Below are positions 19,094 to 32,325 of a stretch of 64,000 bases of DNA, in pieces; position 1 is the stretch's first letter; every line of letters begins with the position of its first letter. The notes under the pieces are model-generated. The model saw only the letters and a list, made by a program, of their open reading frames with translations, was not told the origin of the DNA and searched no databases. The stretch covers positions 2,304,001 through 2,368,000 of the forward strand of contig OZ243916.1 of assembly GCA_965213675.1 (NCBI GenBank), written 5' to 3'. This DNA is from an uncultured Candidatus Binatia bacterium. Its GTDB lineage: Bacteria; Desulfobacterota; Binatia; UBA9968; JAJDTQ01. The translations under genes were made by a program, and so were the position numbers.

Positions 19094-20294
19094 GGTGTCC
19101 TCCGACGGCGCCTGATGTCGTGTCCCACGACACCAGGCCGTCCTCGTCGCAAAGTCTCTCGATGCAGGGGATCAACCCGGGCGCGATGAACCGCTGCCCT
19201 TGCGCGATGTATTCCGGGTAGATGGGAAGGCGGGGCCGCAAACGGAAACCAGCGGCCGCGGTGCGCTCCGCCAGTTCCACAAGCTCGGGCCAGGGCGCCT
19301 CCGGGTTGATGAAGTCGCGAGTGACGGGCGACACCCCGCCCCAGTCGTTGATGCCGGCGTTCAGGTACCACTCGTAACACTCCGGCGTCAGGTTGGGCGG
19401 CGCCTGGATGTTCATGTCGCCCCCCAGAATCAGCCGTGCCAGGGCGATGGTCCTGGCCTCGTCGTCGTAGTCCGCATCAGGCTGATCGTTCATGGGGATC
19501 TCGGGCTTCACGCGGAAGTTCTGCACGATCACTTCCTGGATGTGGCCGTAACGTTCATGCAACTCGCGAATGGCGTACAGCGACGCGATGCGCTCTTCCC
19601 AGGTCTCGCCAATGCCGATGAGGATACCCGTGGTGAACGGGATGCCCAGCCGGCCGGCCTCGGCCAGGGTCCGAAGCCGCGCCGCCGGCTTCTTGTCGGG
19701 AGCGTCGGCATGGGCGCCGCCCGGCTCCATGAGGCGCTCGCTGACGCTCTCCAGCATGAGCCCCATGCTGACGTTTACCCGCCGGAGCCGCTCCAGATCG
19801 GCGCGCGCCATGAGCCCGGGGTTGGCGTGGGGCAGGAGCCCGGTCTCCTCCAGCACCACGCGACACGCTTCGTACAGGTACTCCAGCGTCCGGCGGTAAC
19901 CCGCCTGGCGGAGGAACTCCCGCATCTCCGGGTAGATGGCCTCGGGCTTGTCCCCCAGGCTGAACAGCGCCTCGGTACAGCCCATCCCCTTCGCCCGCCG
20001 CGCCGTTTCCAACACTTCATCCAGGGACAGGGTCCTGGCCCCTGCGTCTTCGGGCGCCTTGCGAAACGTGCAATAGCCGCAGAAATCGCGACACAGGTTG
20101 GTCAGCGGGATGAAGACCTTGGGGGAGAAGGTAATGGTGCGGCCCTTGTGGCGGTCGCGCAACGCGGCAGCCGCTCGGAGCAGCGCCGTGAACTCATCTC
20201 CCTCGACACCGGCAAGCAGGAGGGCGTCGCCCGGCGCCAAGGAACCCCGGTCGAGACATTCCTGCAGCAGTCGTGGGACTTGTCGAGTCGTCAT
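19062..20294 (-). CDS. cofG: FO synthase subunit 1 (radical SAM)
   Basis: FIPLTNLCRDFCGYCTF, LLPHANPG, SMGLMLE, FTTGILIGIGE, QAPPNL, DWGGVSP; start at ATG 20294 (MTTRQ). Confidence 0.92.
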   Translation of the reverse strand: MTTRQVPRLLQECLDRGSLAPGDALLLAGVEGDEFTALLRAAAALRDRHKGRTITFSPKVFIPLTNLCRDFCGYCTFRKAPEDAGARTLSLDEVLETARRAKGMGCTEALFSLGDKPEAIYPEMREFLRQAGYRRTLEYLYEACRVVLEETGLLPHANPGLMARADLERLRRVNVSMGLMLESVSERLMEPGGAHADAPDKKPAARLRTLAEAGRLGIPFTTGILIGIGETWEERIASLYAIRELHERYGHIQEVIVQNFRVKPEIPMNDQPDADYDDEARTIALARLILGGDMNIQAPPNLTPECYEWYLNAGINDWGGVSPVTRDFINPEAPWPELVELAERTAAAGFRLRPRLPIYPEYIAQGQRFIAPGLIPCIERLCDEDGLVSWDTTSGAVGGHHEPHRSDVRP

Positions 20295-20315
20295 TGCCAA
20301 ACGCTCAAAGTGGCT

Positions 20316-20344
20316 TGCATAACGGATAAGGGGGTCCGGGTCAA
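20316..20344 (-). promoter_or_regulatory. Candidate sigma-70 promoter of the cof operon
   Basis: TTGACC-17 nt-TATGCA on the minus strand, 21 nt upstream of the cofG ATG. Confidence 0.45.
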
Positions 20345-20745
20345 CAAGGATCCCGTCCGGGCGGCGCGCCGGGAGGAAGCGCAGGACTCCCCATCTCGCC
20401 AACAGTTCGCCGGCCGGACCCTTGGTTTCCTTCCCGGTTTTCGGTAATGCAAAGGGCTTGCATTTCTGCCACGTTTGAAGGAGATAGTCTGGCAGAAGTT
20501 CGGCCGTCTCCCGGCACGGGAGACAAGGAGTTCCATCGATGTCCGACGACCCACAAGACGACGGCAAACCGCCGTCGCGCATTCCGGCCCTGAAGGCTTC
20601 CGCCACCCTCCCCCGCTTCTCCAACGTCTTGATTGCCCCATCGGGACAAATGCGCTGCTAGGAGCTAGCGCGCGTCCGTCGGGAACGCCCGCGTCCGGCT
20701 CGAGCCGGAGCGGAGTTCCTGTCCCTTTACGTCCCGGCATTCCGG

Positions 20746-22086
20746 ATGGGAGATGTTTCGATGTTCGAAAGTTTATGGTTGGGCGCCACGGTCATCCTGC
20801 TGTTGATCCTGGCCAACGGCTTCTTCGCCGCCGCCGAGATCGCCGTGATTGCCACGCGCCGGACGCGCATCGACCAGATGCAGGGCAAGGGCACGCGCTC
20901 CGCCGCGGCCTTGGGCCGGCTCAAGGACGAGCCGGACCGGTTCCTGGCCACCGTGCAGATCGGCATCACCTTCGTCGGCACCCTGGCCTCCGCCATCGGC
21001 GGCGCCGGCGCCATCCAGCTCCTCCAGCCGCCGCTCCAGTCGCTGCCGCTCCCGTACGCCGAAACCTGGGGCAACTACGCCGCCATCCTCATCGTGGTCC
21101 TGCCCATCGCCTACCTGACACTGGTACTGGGTGAGCTGGTCCCCAAGTCCCTGGCGCTGCGCTTCTCCGAGCGCATCGCGTCCTTCGTGGCGCTTCCCAT
21201 CGATGCCATTTCCAGGTGCACGTCGTTCCTCGTGGCGTTCCTGACCCGATCCAGCAATGTGGTGCTGCGGCTGTTCGGCGGCAAGGAGACCGGCTCCGCA
21301 AGCTTCATTTCCGAGGAGGAAGTCAAGTCGCTCATCCGGGAAGGCACAGCCAAGGGGATCTTCGACGAGACCGAGAAGGAGTTGATCCACAGCGTCTTCG
21401 ACTTCGTGGACACTCCGGTCCGGGCCGTGATGGTGCCGCGCACGGAGATCCACGCCGTGGACATCGCGTCCGAGTCCGACGATATTCTACGGAACTTCGT
21501 CGAAAGCGGCTTCTCGCGCCTGCCCGTGTACGAGGACGAACTGGACGAGATTCTGGGAATCGCCTACAACAAGGACCTTCTGCGCGCCATGCAGGCTGGC
21601 GAGCCCATCGACCTGCGCGCCATGCTGCACCCACCCTTCTTCGTGCCCAGCTCGCTGCCCATCAGCCAGCTCCTGAAAGACCTGCAACGCCGGCGCATGG
21701 CGCTGGCGCTGGTGGTGAACGAGTACGGCGAAGTGGAAGGACTGGCCAGCCTGGAGGACATCATCGAGGAGATCGTCGGCGAGATCCGCGACGAATACGA
21801 CTCCGAGGAGCGGGGGCCCGTGGAGCGCCTCCCTGACGGCTCGATGGTGGTGTCGGGCTCTGCCCTGCTGAAGGAGCTGCAGTCGGACTACGACCTGCCC
21901 TTCGAAGAGTCGGTGGACTACCACACCCTGGCCGGTTTCGTGCTTGCCAAGCTGAAGCGCATTCCCCGTGGCGGCGAAAAGATCGAGACCGACGGCCACC
22001 GCCTCACCATCGCCGACATGGAAGGCCGCCGGATCATCAAGATTCGGGTGGAAGAGAACCGCCGCGCGAACGGCGACGCGGCGTAG
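20746..22086 (+). CDS. HlyC/CorC family (CNNM-CBS-CorC) transporter
   Basis: NGFFAAAEIA, QIGIT, GELVPK, FSRLPVY, EDIIEEIVGEIRDE, TLAGF. Confidence 0.92.
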   Translation: MGDVSMFESLWLGATVILLLILANGFFAAAEIAVIATRRTRIDQMQGKGTRSAAALGRLKDEPDRFLATVQIGITFVGTLASAIGGAGAIQLLQPPLQSLPLPYAETWGNYAAILIVVLPIAYLTLVLGELVPKSLALRFSERIASFVALPIDAISRCTSFLVAFLTRSSNVVLRLFGGKETGSASFISEEEVKSLIREGTAKGIFDETEKELIHSVFDFVDTPVRAVMVPRTEIHAVDIASESDDILRNFVESGFSRLPVYEDELDEILGIAYNKDLLRAMQAGEPIDLRAMLHPPFFVPSSLPISQLLKDLQRRRMALALVVNEYGEVEGLASLEDIIEEIVGEIRDEYDSEERGPVERLPDGSMVVSGSALLKELQSDYDLPFEESVDYHTLAGFVLAKLKRIPRGGEKIETDGHRLTIADMEGRRIIKIRVEENRRANGDAA

Positions 22087-22116
22087 AAACCGCGACGAAC
22101 CCGCCCGCACCCCGCG

Positions 22117-23196
22117 CTACGACGCCCTCTGCGTGGCCTCGCGGCCCTGAAGCAGGGACTCCGTTTCCCGGAGCAGCGCCTGGATCTCGTTGGGCTTGCC
22201 CACGGTCACCCGCATCATGTGGCACAGGGCCGGGGTATCGAAGAAGCGCACCAGGATACCCTTCGCGCTCAACCCTTCGTACAGCCAGCGAATGCTGTCG
22301 CGGCCGAGACGGGCCATGACGAAGTTGGTCTGGGACGTGTGCACGTCGAAACCCAGCCGGCGCAGTCCCCGGACCAGGGTCTTGCGCGTGCGCTGGATGC
22401 GCGCCACGTTCCGGCGCATCCACTCCACGTCCTCCAGGGCCGCGACGGCCGCCGCCAGGCTCAGACGGCACAGGTTGTAGGAATCCTTCACCTTCATCAG
22501 GCTGCGCACGATGTCTTCGCTGCCGAAGGCCAGGCCCACGCGCATTCCCGCCAGCGAAAACGCCTTGGAGAAGGTGCGCAGCACGACCAGGTTGGGGAAA
22601 CGCTTGACCAGCGCGATGGCGCTTTCGTCGTTGTCGGCGAAGTCGATGTAGGCCTCGTCCACCACCAACAGGCCGGCCACGGAGCGCGCCAGCCGCGCGA
22701 TCTCGCTCACCGGCTCCAGCGTCCCGGACGGGGCGTTGGGGTTGCACAGAATGGTGACCTTGCTGGACTGGAAGTAGAGCGGCGCCGGGACCGTGAAGTC
22801 GTCGGCGTAGGGCACGGTCACGCTCTCGCCGCCCTGGATGGCGACGAGGGTTTCGTACAGCGAGTAGGTGGGAACCGGGTAGGCCACGCTGTCGCCTTCG
22901 CCCACGTAGCAGCGCATGAGGATGGACAGCAGCTCGTCCGAGCCATTGCCCGCCATGACATTTTCCGGACCGACGTTGTAGAGGGCCGCGGCGCGCTGGC
23001 GCAATTCCAGAGCCGCGGGATCGGGATAGAGGCGCAGCGACGAAGAGATTTCGCGGCGCACCGCGGCCAGTACCTTCGGGGACGGCGGGTAGGGGTTCTC
23101 GTTGGTGTTGAGCTTGATCAGGTCCGCTCGCCTGGGCTGCGCACCAGGCGTGTAACCCTCCATATCTTCGATGTTTTTTCTCAGGATGGACTGCAT
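22117..23196 (-). CDS. hisC: Histidinol-phosphate transaminase
   Basis: KLNTNENPYPPSP, YPDP, GNGSDE, DEAY, RTFSKAFSLAGMRVG. Confidence 0.92.
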   Translation of the reverse strand: MQSILRKNIEDMEGYTPGAQPRRADLIKLNTNENPYPPSPKVLAAVRREISSSLRLYPDPAALELRQRAAALYNVGPENVMAGNGSDELLSILMRCYVGEGDSVAYPVPTYSLYETLVAIQGGESVTVPYADDFTVPAPLYFQSSKVTILCNPNAPSGTLEPVSEIARLARSVAGLLVVDEAYIDFADNDESAIALVKRFPNLVVLRTFSKAFSLAGMRVGLAFGSEDIVRSLMKVKDSYNLCRLSLAAAVAALEDVEWMRRNVARIQRTRKTLVRGLRRLGFDVHTSQTNFVMARLGRDSIRWLYEGLSAKGILVRFFDTPALCHMMRVTVGKPNEIQALLRETESLLQGREATQRAS

Positions 23197-23326
23197 CCGA
23201 AAAGTCTAGCCAGCCCCCGCGGGCAATGCAAATGACGCGCGGCAAGCGTCACGGCGCCTCAACGTGCTCCCTTGATCCGCAATCTTGACTGACATCCTGT
23301 CTCGAACGGCTTGCGTTTGTCCGCCG

Positions 23327-25945
23327 CTACGCCGCATCCGACACCGCCGACACCGTCAACTCGCGGCCGTCGTGGTCCACCACCACGCGGCTGTGGTCCT
23401 TGACCTCGCCGGCCAGGAGCTTCCGCGCCAGCGCCGTCTCCAGTTCTTTCTGGATCAACCGCTTGAGCGGCCGGGCGCCGTAGGCGGGGTCGTAGCCCAC
23501 GGCCGCGAAATGGTCCGTGGCCTTCCGGGTCAGCTCCATGCGGATGTGACGTTCGGCCAGGCGCTCGCGCAGATGGCCGAGCTGAATCTCGACGATCTCC
23601 CGGAGGTTGTCCCGGGTGAGGCCGTGAAACACCACGATGTCGTCCACCCGGTTCAGGAACTCGGGCCGGAACTCCCGTCGGAGCACGTCGAGCACCTCCC
23701 GCTTCATGGCATCGTAACCGCTGTCGTCGGCGCGTCCGCTGTAGTTCAGGACAAGCTGACTGCCGGCGTTGGAGGTCATGATCACCACCGTGTTCCTGAA
23801 GTCCACGGTGCGGCCGTGGCCGTCGGTGAGGCGACCGTCATCGAGTAACTGCAGCATGACGTTGAACACGTCGGGATGAGCCTTCTCGACCTCGTCGAAC
23901 AGGACCACCGAGTAGGGGTGGCGGCGCACCGCCTCGGTAAGCTGTCCCCCCTCGTCATAGCCCACGTATCCCGGAGGGGCGCCCAGGAGCCGCGCCACGG
24001 TGTGCTTCTCCATGTACTCCGACATGTCGAGGCGCACCATGTTGGCCTCGTCGTCGAACAGAAACTCCGCCAGCGCCCGCCCCAACTCGGTCTTGCCCAC
24101 GCCCGTGGGACCCAGAAAGATGAACGAGCCGATGGGCCGGTGGGGGTCCTTGAGCCCGGACCGGGCGCGCACCACCGCGTCGGCCACCGCGGACACGGCT
24201 TCGTCCTGGCCGATAAGGCGCTTGTGCAGGTGGTCGCCCAGGTGCAGCAGCTTGTCCCGTTCGCCCTCCAGGAGCTTCGACACCGGCACCCCGGTCCAGC
24301 GCGACACCACCTCGGCGATGTCGTCCTCGTCCACTTCCTCCTTGAGCAGCACACCGCCGTCGTCGGTCTTGAGGCTCTCCTGCTGTCTGCCCAGTGCGTT
24401 CTCCAACTCGGTGAGCTTGCCGTACTTGAGTTCGGCCACGCGGTTCAGGTCGTACTCGCGCTCGGCCTGCTCCATGGCCCGCCGGGTCTCGTCGATCTCC
24501 TCCTTGAGCTGGCGCAGCTTCGCGATGGCGCCCTTCTCCATCTCCCAGCGCGCCTTGAGCTTGTTGGCCTCTTCCTTGAGGTTGGCGAGCTCGTTCTCGA
24601 GCTTGGTCAGGCGCTCCCGCGAGGCGTCGTCGCTCTCCTTGCGCAGGGCCTCGCGCTCGATCTCGAGCTGCATCACCTGGCGCGAGGCCTGGTCCAGCTC
24701 CGCGGGCATGGAGTCGATCTCGGTGCGCAGCTTGGAGGCGGCCTCGTCCACCAGATCGATGGCCTTGTCGGGCAGAAAACGATCACTGATGTAGCGGTGC
24801 GACAGCACCGCCGCGGTCACCAGCGCCGAGTCCTTGATGCGCACCCCGTGGTGCAGCTCGTAACGCTCCCGCAGCCCCCGCAGGATGGAGACCGTGTCCT
24901 CCACCGTGGGCTGGTCCACGGTCACCGGCTGGAACCGCCGCTCCAGCGCGCGATCCTTCTCCACGTACTTGCGGTACTCGTCCAGGGTGGTGGCGCCGAT
25001 GCAGTGCAGCTCGCCCCGGGCCAGCATCGGCTTCAGCAGGTTGCTGGCGTCCATGGCGCCTTCGGCGGCGCCGGCCCCCACCACGGTGTGCATCTCGTCA
25101 ATGAACAGGATCACCTCGCCCGAGGACTCCTGCACCTCCTTGAGCACGGCCTTGAGGCGTTCCTCGAACTCGCCCCGGTACTTGGCGCCGGCGATGAGCA
25201 GACCCATGTCCAGCACCACGATGCGCTTGCGCTTGAGCCCCTCGGGCACGTCCCCCGCCACGATGCGCAGCGCCAGCCCCTCCACGATGGCGGTCTTGCC
25301 CACGCCCGGATCGCCGATGAGCACCGGATTGTTCTTGGTGCGGCGCGACAGTACCTGCACCACCCGCCGGATCTCCTCGTCCCGGCCGATGACCGGATCG
25401 AGCTTGCCCTGGGACGCGAGTTGGGTGAGGTCCCGGCCGTAACGTTCCAGCGCCTGGTAGGTGCCCTCCGGGTTCTGGCTGGTGACCCGCTGGTGCCCGC
25501 GCACCTTCCGGAGCGCCTCCATCAGCTTGTCCCGGCTGACGCCCTTGGCGCGCAGCACCCCGCTCGCCCTGCCCCCCTCCTCGAGGATTGCCAGCAACAG
25601 GTGCTCGACGCTGATGTATTCGTCCTTGAGCTGCCCGGCCTCATCCTCGGCCCGAGCGAGCATGCGCGACAACCGCTGGGTGACGTAGACCTGCTCCGGG
25701 CCGGCCGCGGCGCCCGCACCCGTCACTTGCGGGATGCGGTCGAGTTCCGCTTCGAGCCCCTGTTTCACCTCCGGCACGGAAACGCCGGTCTGGGTGAGCA
25801 ACGCCGTAACCACCCCGTCCGAGGGCTCCAGCAACGCCGCCAGCAGATGCTCGACGTCCACCCCCTGATGATTGCGCCGCGACGCCAGCGTCTGGGCCTG
25901 GCGCAACGCTTCCTGCGACTTCTCGGTCAAACGATTGATGTCCAT
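23327..25945 (-). CDS. clpB: ATP-dependent chaperone ClpB
   Basis: Two AAA modules ([16 protein letters not shown]), long coiled-coil middle domain, 872 aa. Confidence 0.97.
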   Translation of the reverse strand: MDINRLTEKSQEALRQAQTLASRRNHQGVDVEHLLAALLEPSDGVVTALLTQTGVSVPEVKQGLEAELDRIPQVTGAGAAAGPEQVYVTQRLSRMLARAEDEAGQLKDEYISVEHLLLAILEEGGRASGVLRAKGVSRDKLMEALRKVRGHQRVTSQNPEGTYQALERYGRDLTQLASQGKLDPVIGRDEEIRRVVQVLSRRTKNNPVLIGDPGVGKTAIVEGLALRIVAGDVPEGLKRKRIVVLDMGLLIAGAKYRGEFEERLKAVLKEVQESSGEVILFIDEMHTVVGAGAAEGAMDASNLLKPMLARGELHCIGATTLDEYRKYVEKDRALERRFQPVTVDQPTVEDTVSILRGLRERYELHHGVRIKDSALVTAAVLSHRYISDRFLPDKAIDLVDEAASKLRTEIDSMPAELDQASRQVMQLEIEREALRKESDDASRERLTKLENELANLKEEANKLKARWEMEKGAIAKLRQLKEEIDETRRAMEQAEREYDLNRVAELKYGKLTELENALGRQQESLKTDDGGVLLKEEVDEDDIAEVVSRWTGVPVSKLLEGERDKLLHLGDHLHKRLIGQDEAVSAVADAVVRARSGLKDPHRPIGSFIFLGPTGVGKTELGRALAEFLFDDEANMVRLDMSEYMEKHTVARLLGAPPGYVGYDEGGQLTEAVRRHPYSVVLFDEVEKAHPDVFNVMLQLLDDGRLTDGHGRTVDFRNTVVIMTSNAGSQLVLNYSGRADDSGYDAMKREVLDVLRREFRPEFLNRVDDIVVFHGLTRDNLREIVEIQLGHLRERLAERHIRMELTRKATDHFAAVGYDPAYGARPLKRLIQKELETALARKLLAGEVKDHSRVVVDHDGRELTVSAVSDAA

Positions 25946-25978
25946 GAGTTCCCCCGATTCCCCGGTTGTCCATGGAAA

Positions 25979-26006
25979 AATCTAGGCACGGATTCGTCAA
26001 AGTCAA
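25979..26006 (-). promoter_or_regulatory. Candidate sigma-70 promoter of clpB
   Basis: TTGACT-16 nt-TAGATT on the minus strand. Confidence 0.4.
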
Positions 26007-26033
26007 CGCGGCCCCGTCAGCCCGCAGGGTGAC

Positions 26034-26085
26034 CCCACGCTGACCGGGCAACCGCGTCGACGGGCGGATGCCCGGTCAACGTGGG
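26034..26085. repeat. 22-bp inverted repeat between divergent clpB and bioF
   Basis: CCCACGCTGACCGGGCAACCGC ... GCGGATGCCCGGTCAACGTGGG (2 mismatches). Confidence 0.65.
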
Positions 26086-26189
26086 ATCGTCCTGGTCCTG
26101 GTTCGCGGATCATGGTTCGGCGGCAGCATTTCTGGTAACAACTCAAACCGGATCGCATCCGTGTGGATCCGTGTGGTTTGGACCGTGCC

Positions 26190-27368
26190 ATGGCCGATTT
26201 CATCGAACAGAGGCTGGAGGAGATCCGGAGCCGCAACCTCTACCGCGAGTTGAAACTCGTCGACGGCGAGCAGGGTCCTGCGGTGATGCTCGACGGCCGG
26301 GAAGTGTTGAATCTGTCCTCCAACAACTACCTTGGGTTGGCCAACCACCCCGAGTTGAAGGAGGCGGCCCGGCAGGCGCTGGAGCGTTACGGCTGCGGTT
26401 CCGGCGCTTCGCGGCTGATCTCCGGCAACATGACGGCCCACGAAGAGTTGGAAGAGCGCCTTGCACGCTTCAAGGGTACCGAGGCGGCGCTGGTGTTCAA
26501 CAGTGGCTATCAGGCCAACGTGGGCATCATCGCCACGCTGGTGGAGAAGGGCGACGCGGTGCTGAGCGACGAGTTGAACCACGCCAGCATCATCGACGGC
26601 TGCCGGCTGTCGCGGGCGGCGGTGTCGGTGTACCGCCACGGCGACATGGACCACCTGGAGAGCCTTCTGAAAGAGGCGCCGGCACGGGCTCGCAAGCTCA
26701 TCGCCACCGAATCCGTGTTCAGCATGGACGGCGACATCGCGCCTCTTGGGGAACTGATGGGGTTGGCGGAGCGTTACGGCGCCATGGTGATGGTGGACGA
26801 GGCCCACGCCACCGGCGTTCGGGGGGCCAACGGCGCCGGCGTGGTGGCGGAAATGGGGCTCGGCGACCGTGTCCTGGTGCAGATGGGCACCCTGGGCAAG
26901 GCGCTGGGAGCCTTCGGCGCCTATGTCGCCGGCAGCGCCAGGTTGAAGGAACTGCTCATCAACCGCGCCCGCAGCTTCATCTTCACCACGTCGCTGCCGC
27001 CGGTGGTGCTGGCCATGGCGGCCGCGGCCGTGGACCTGGTGGAGCGGGAGCCGGAGCGGCGGTGCGCACTGCGGCGCAACACCGAGCGGCTGCGAAACGG
27101 CCTTGCGGGGCTCGGCTTCACGGTGGGCGGGAGCACCCAGATCATTCCCGTCCTGGCGGGAGACGAGCGTCCCTGCATGGAGCTTGCGGCGCGCCTCATG
27201 GAATCGGGATTCTACGTGCAGGGCATCCGCCCGCCCACGGTACCGCCGGGAACGTCACGGCTGCGGGTCACCACCATGGCAACCCACACGGCCGGCCAAT
27301 TGGACCGCGCTCTCGACGCTTTCGCACGGGCCGGGTCGAGTATCGCGTCCTGGAAATTCCTGCGATAA
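26190..27368 (+). CDS. bioF: 8-amino-7-oxononanoate synthase
   Basis: SNNYLGL, GSGASRL, NHASIIDG, SMDGD, DEAHA, TLGKA, IRPPTVP. Confidence 0.95.
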   Translation: MADFIEQRLEEIRSRNLYRELKLVDGEQGPAVMLDGREVLNLSSNNYLGLANHPELKEAARQALERYGCGSGASRLISGNMTAHEELEERLARFKGTEAALVFNSGYQANVGIIATLVEKGDAVLSDELNHASIIDGCRLSRAAVSVYRHGDMDHLESLLKEAPARARKLIATESVFSMDGDIAPLGELMGLAERYGAMVMVDEAHATGVRGANGAGVVAEMGLGDRVLVQMGTLGKALGAFGAYVAGSARLKELLINRARSFIFTTSLPPVVLAMAAAAVDLVEREPERRCALRRNTERLRNGLAGLGFTVGGSTQIIPVLAGDERPCMELAARLMESGFYVQGIRPPTVPPGTSRLRVTTMATHTAGQLDRALDAFARAGSSIASWKFLR

Positions 27369-27540
27369 TTTGCGCAGGCAGTCTGGTTGCCGGCAAGGCG
27401 CGATGGCTTGCAGGGGCGACCGGTGGTCGCCCCACGTGACAGGCGCCAAGCGGGGAAGACCCTGGGTCGAACCCAGGATGACGTGACCTGGCCGACCGCA
27501 AACCAGCAAGTTTTCGCAGGAACTTTCGGGATACGACACG
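27337..27540 (+). mobile_element. MITE/ERIC-like repeat, copy 3 (diverged, with nested palindromes)
   Basis: Left AAATTCCTGCGATAATTTGCGCAGG and GTTGCCGGCAAGGCGCGATG as in copy 2; right end TTCGCAGGAACTTTCGGGATACGACACG is complementary; internal GGGGCGACC..GGTCGCCCC and CCTGGGT..ACCCAGG hairpins. Confidence 0.7.
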
Positions 27541-27577
27541 GCCTGGAACGCCGGCAACGCCTCACCAACGGAGAACC

Positions 27578-30874
<3,297 letters not shown>

Positions 30875-30964
30875 GGTGACGGCAGGCGTACGAAACTCGC
30901 GGGTGGGGTGTCAAGAGTACGGATGAGGCATCCGCCCGGAAACGAGAGCGCCCCGCACCGTTCA

Positions 30965-30993
30965 TTTACATGGGCGCTGGGGAATGCTAGCTT
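30965..30993 (+). promoter_or_regulatory. Candidate sigma-70 promoter of tRNA-Ala
   Basis: TTTACA-17 nt-TAGCTT with TG extension, 19 nt before the tRNA. Confidence 0.55.
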
Positions 30994-31012
30994 ATAGGGA
31001 CTGCACGAATGT

Positions 31013-31088
31013 GGGGCCGTAGCTCAGCTGGGAGAGCGCTAGGTTCGCAATCTAGAGGTCGTGGGTTCGATCCCCATCGGCTCCACCA
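31013..31088 (+). tRNA. tRNA-Ala(CGC)
   Basis: GGGGCCG acceptor stem with G3:U70, anticodon loop TTCGCAA, GTTCGAT T-loop, encoded CCA. Confidence 0.97.
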
Positions 31089-31238
31089 TCCCCACTCCCC
31101 GGGGGTCCACCGTGACAAGTTCTGATACTCAGCGTTCCCGTTGAGAAGGACAGCCGGTTTTGGTAAACGCTCCAGAATGATGGCTGGTCAGACGCAGCAT
31201 CTGGCTCGTCCGGCCCATATCCAAGGAAGGAGCGGCGT

Positions 31239-31421
31239 ATGGCGAAGGACTTGAATATCAAAGACGGCCCGAAATTTCACGTCACACGGCGTGGTGAACT
31301 CTACGTCAAGGGCGGTGAGCTTCTCCGTAGCGAAGCTGGACGTGAAGCGATTCGAGAGGCTGCCACGGCAATAGGGCACTGGCAAAAGAAGCCGCACGAG
31401 GAGTCGTCGTCCGAAGAGTAA
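31239..31421 (+). CDS. Small hypothetical protein (60 aa)
   Basis: AAGGAG RBS, ATG, ends 12 nt before the next ORF. Confidence 0.55.
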   Translation: MAKDLNIKDGPKFHVTRRGELYVKGGELLRSEAGREAIREAATAIGHWQKKPHEESSSEE

Positions 31422-31433
31422 GAAAACGCTCCG

Positions 31434-32147
31434 GTGACCCTTAGCCTGATAATCCTCCCAGCTCTGCTTGGCTACGGGTTCCTAAACAGGTGCCGCGTGA
31501 CCCGGTTCTTCATTGTGAGGCTATCGGGTTACCATCTGGTCTTCCAATCCGCGATTGTTGGTCTGTTGTTCCCGACGGCGGGGTACCTACTCACACTCGG
31601 AGTCACCGCTCTTTGTCCACGGCTTGCAGTATGGTCGATCGGCAAGATCCCGTTCGAGCATTGGGGGACTGGTGTATCGGCAATTCTGTGGTCAGAAGCA
31701 TCCGTATGGATCCTTAACTATAGGTTAGATGAAGAGAAGGCGGCGCGATTCAACGCCAACTATCACGGTGATCTCATCGAGCTACGACTGGTGGAGGCAA
31801 TGGAGCGCTCGGCCCATGTAGAATTGTCCCTCAGGAGCGGCAAGTCTTATGTGGGCATGGTACTCAACAGCGGCATCACAACCGGCGGAGAATCCGACGT
31901 TAGTCTGATCCCCACCGTAAGCGGGTACAGAGACGAACACACACGCGAACTGGTTTTCACCACTTTCTACGGTGACGTCTTCGACGATTGGCTCAGCAGT
32001 AGACGCTCGGCCAAGGACCAACGGACAGCCGAGGAAATAGCAGATTGTTTCACCATCGTGATTCCAAAGTCCGAGGTCCTCTCCGTCAGGCTCTTCGACA
32101 TGAGAATGTACGGTCTATTCGAGAAGGCCAGGGAATCAACTAGCTAG
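31434..32147 (+). CDS. Hypothetical membrane protein (N-terminal TM helices plus soluble beta-rich domain)
   Basis: 237 aa, ~3 hydrophobic segments, then LSLRSGKSYVG..LIPTVSGYRD..IVIPKSEVLS; A/T-rich codons. Confidence 0.7.
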   Translation: MTLSLIILPALLGYGFLNRCRVTRFFIVRLSGYHLVFQSAIVGLLFPTAGYLLTLGVTALCPRLAVWSIGKIPFEHWGTGVSAILWSEASVWILNYRLDEEKAARFNANYHGDLIELRLVEAMERSAHVELSLRSGKSYVGMVLNSGITTGGESDVSLIPTVSGYRDEHTRELVFTTFYGDVFDDWLSSRRSAKDQRTAEEIADCFTIVIPKSEVLSVRLFDMRMYGLFEKARESTS

Positions 32148-32315
32148 ACTTCATTCCCCGCGCGACCTCTCCCACCGAGCGCGGTCCTTCCTTGACCAGT
32201 TTGACCGTTTCGAGCTTGAACTCCTTCGAAAACTTCCGTCTCCTTCGACTCATGGTCGTCACCTCCGAGCCCATCATCGCCCTTATCAGATGTCCACCAA
32301 TCCCGGGGAAGGGCA
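32140..32315 (-). mobile_element. IS3-family remnant (left IR plus truncated OrfA)
   Basis: TGCCCTTCCCCGGGATTGGTGGACA end (32315-32291), GGAGGT RBS, MSRRRRKFSKEFKLETVKLV..SVGEVAR HTH start truncated after 37 aa. Confidence 0.75.
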
Positions 32316-32325
32316 CCGGTGCGGC

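Noticed and set aside
20295-20624. Long N-terminal extension of CofG, or a c-di-GMP riboswitch (GGCAAAC at ~20564)
   Set aside because: The extension is non-coding-like and contains a promoter; the GAAA tetraloop and receptor elements of the riboswitch are absent
25946-26189. CIRCE or BirA operator
   Set aside because: No match to TTAGCACTC-N9-GAGTGCTAA or a TGT(A/C)AAC-N14/16-GTT(T/G)ACA palindrome
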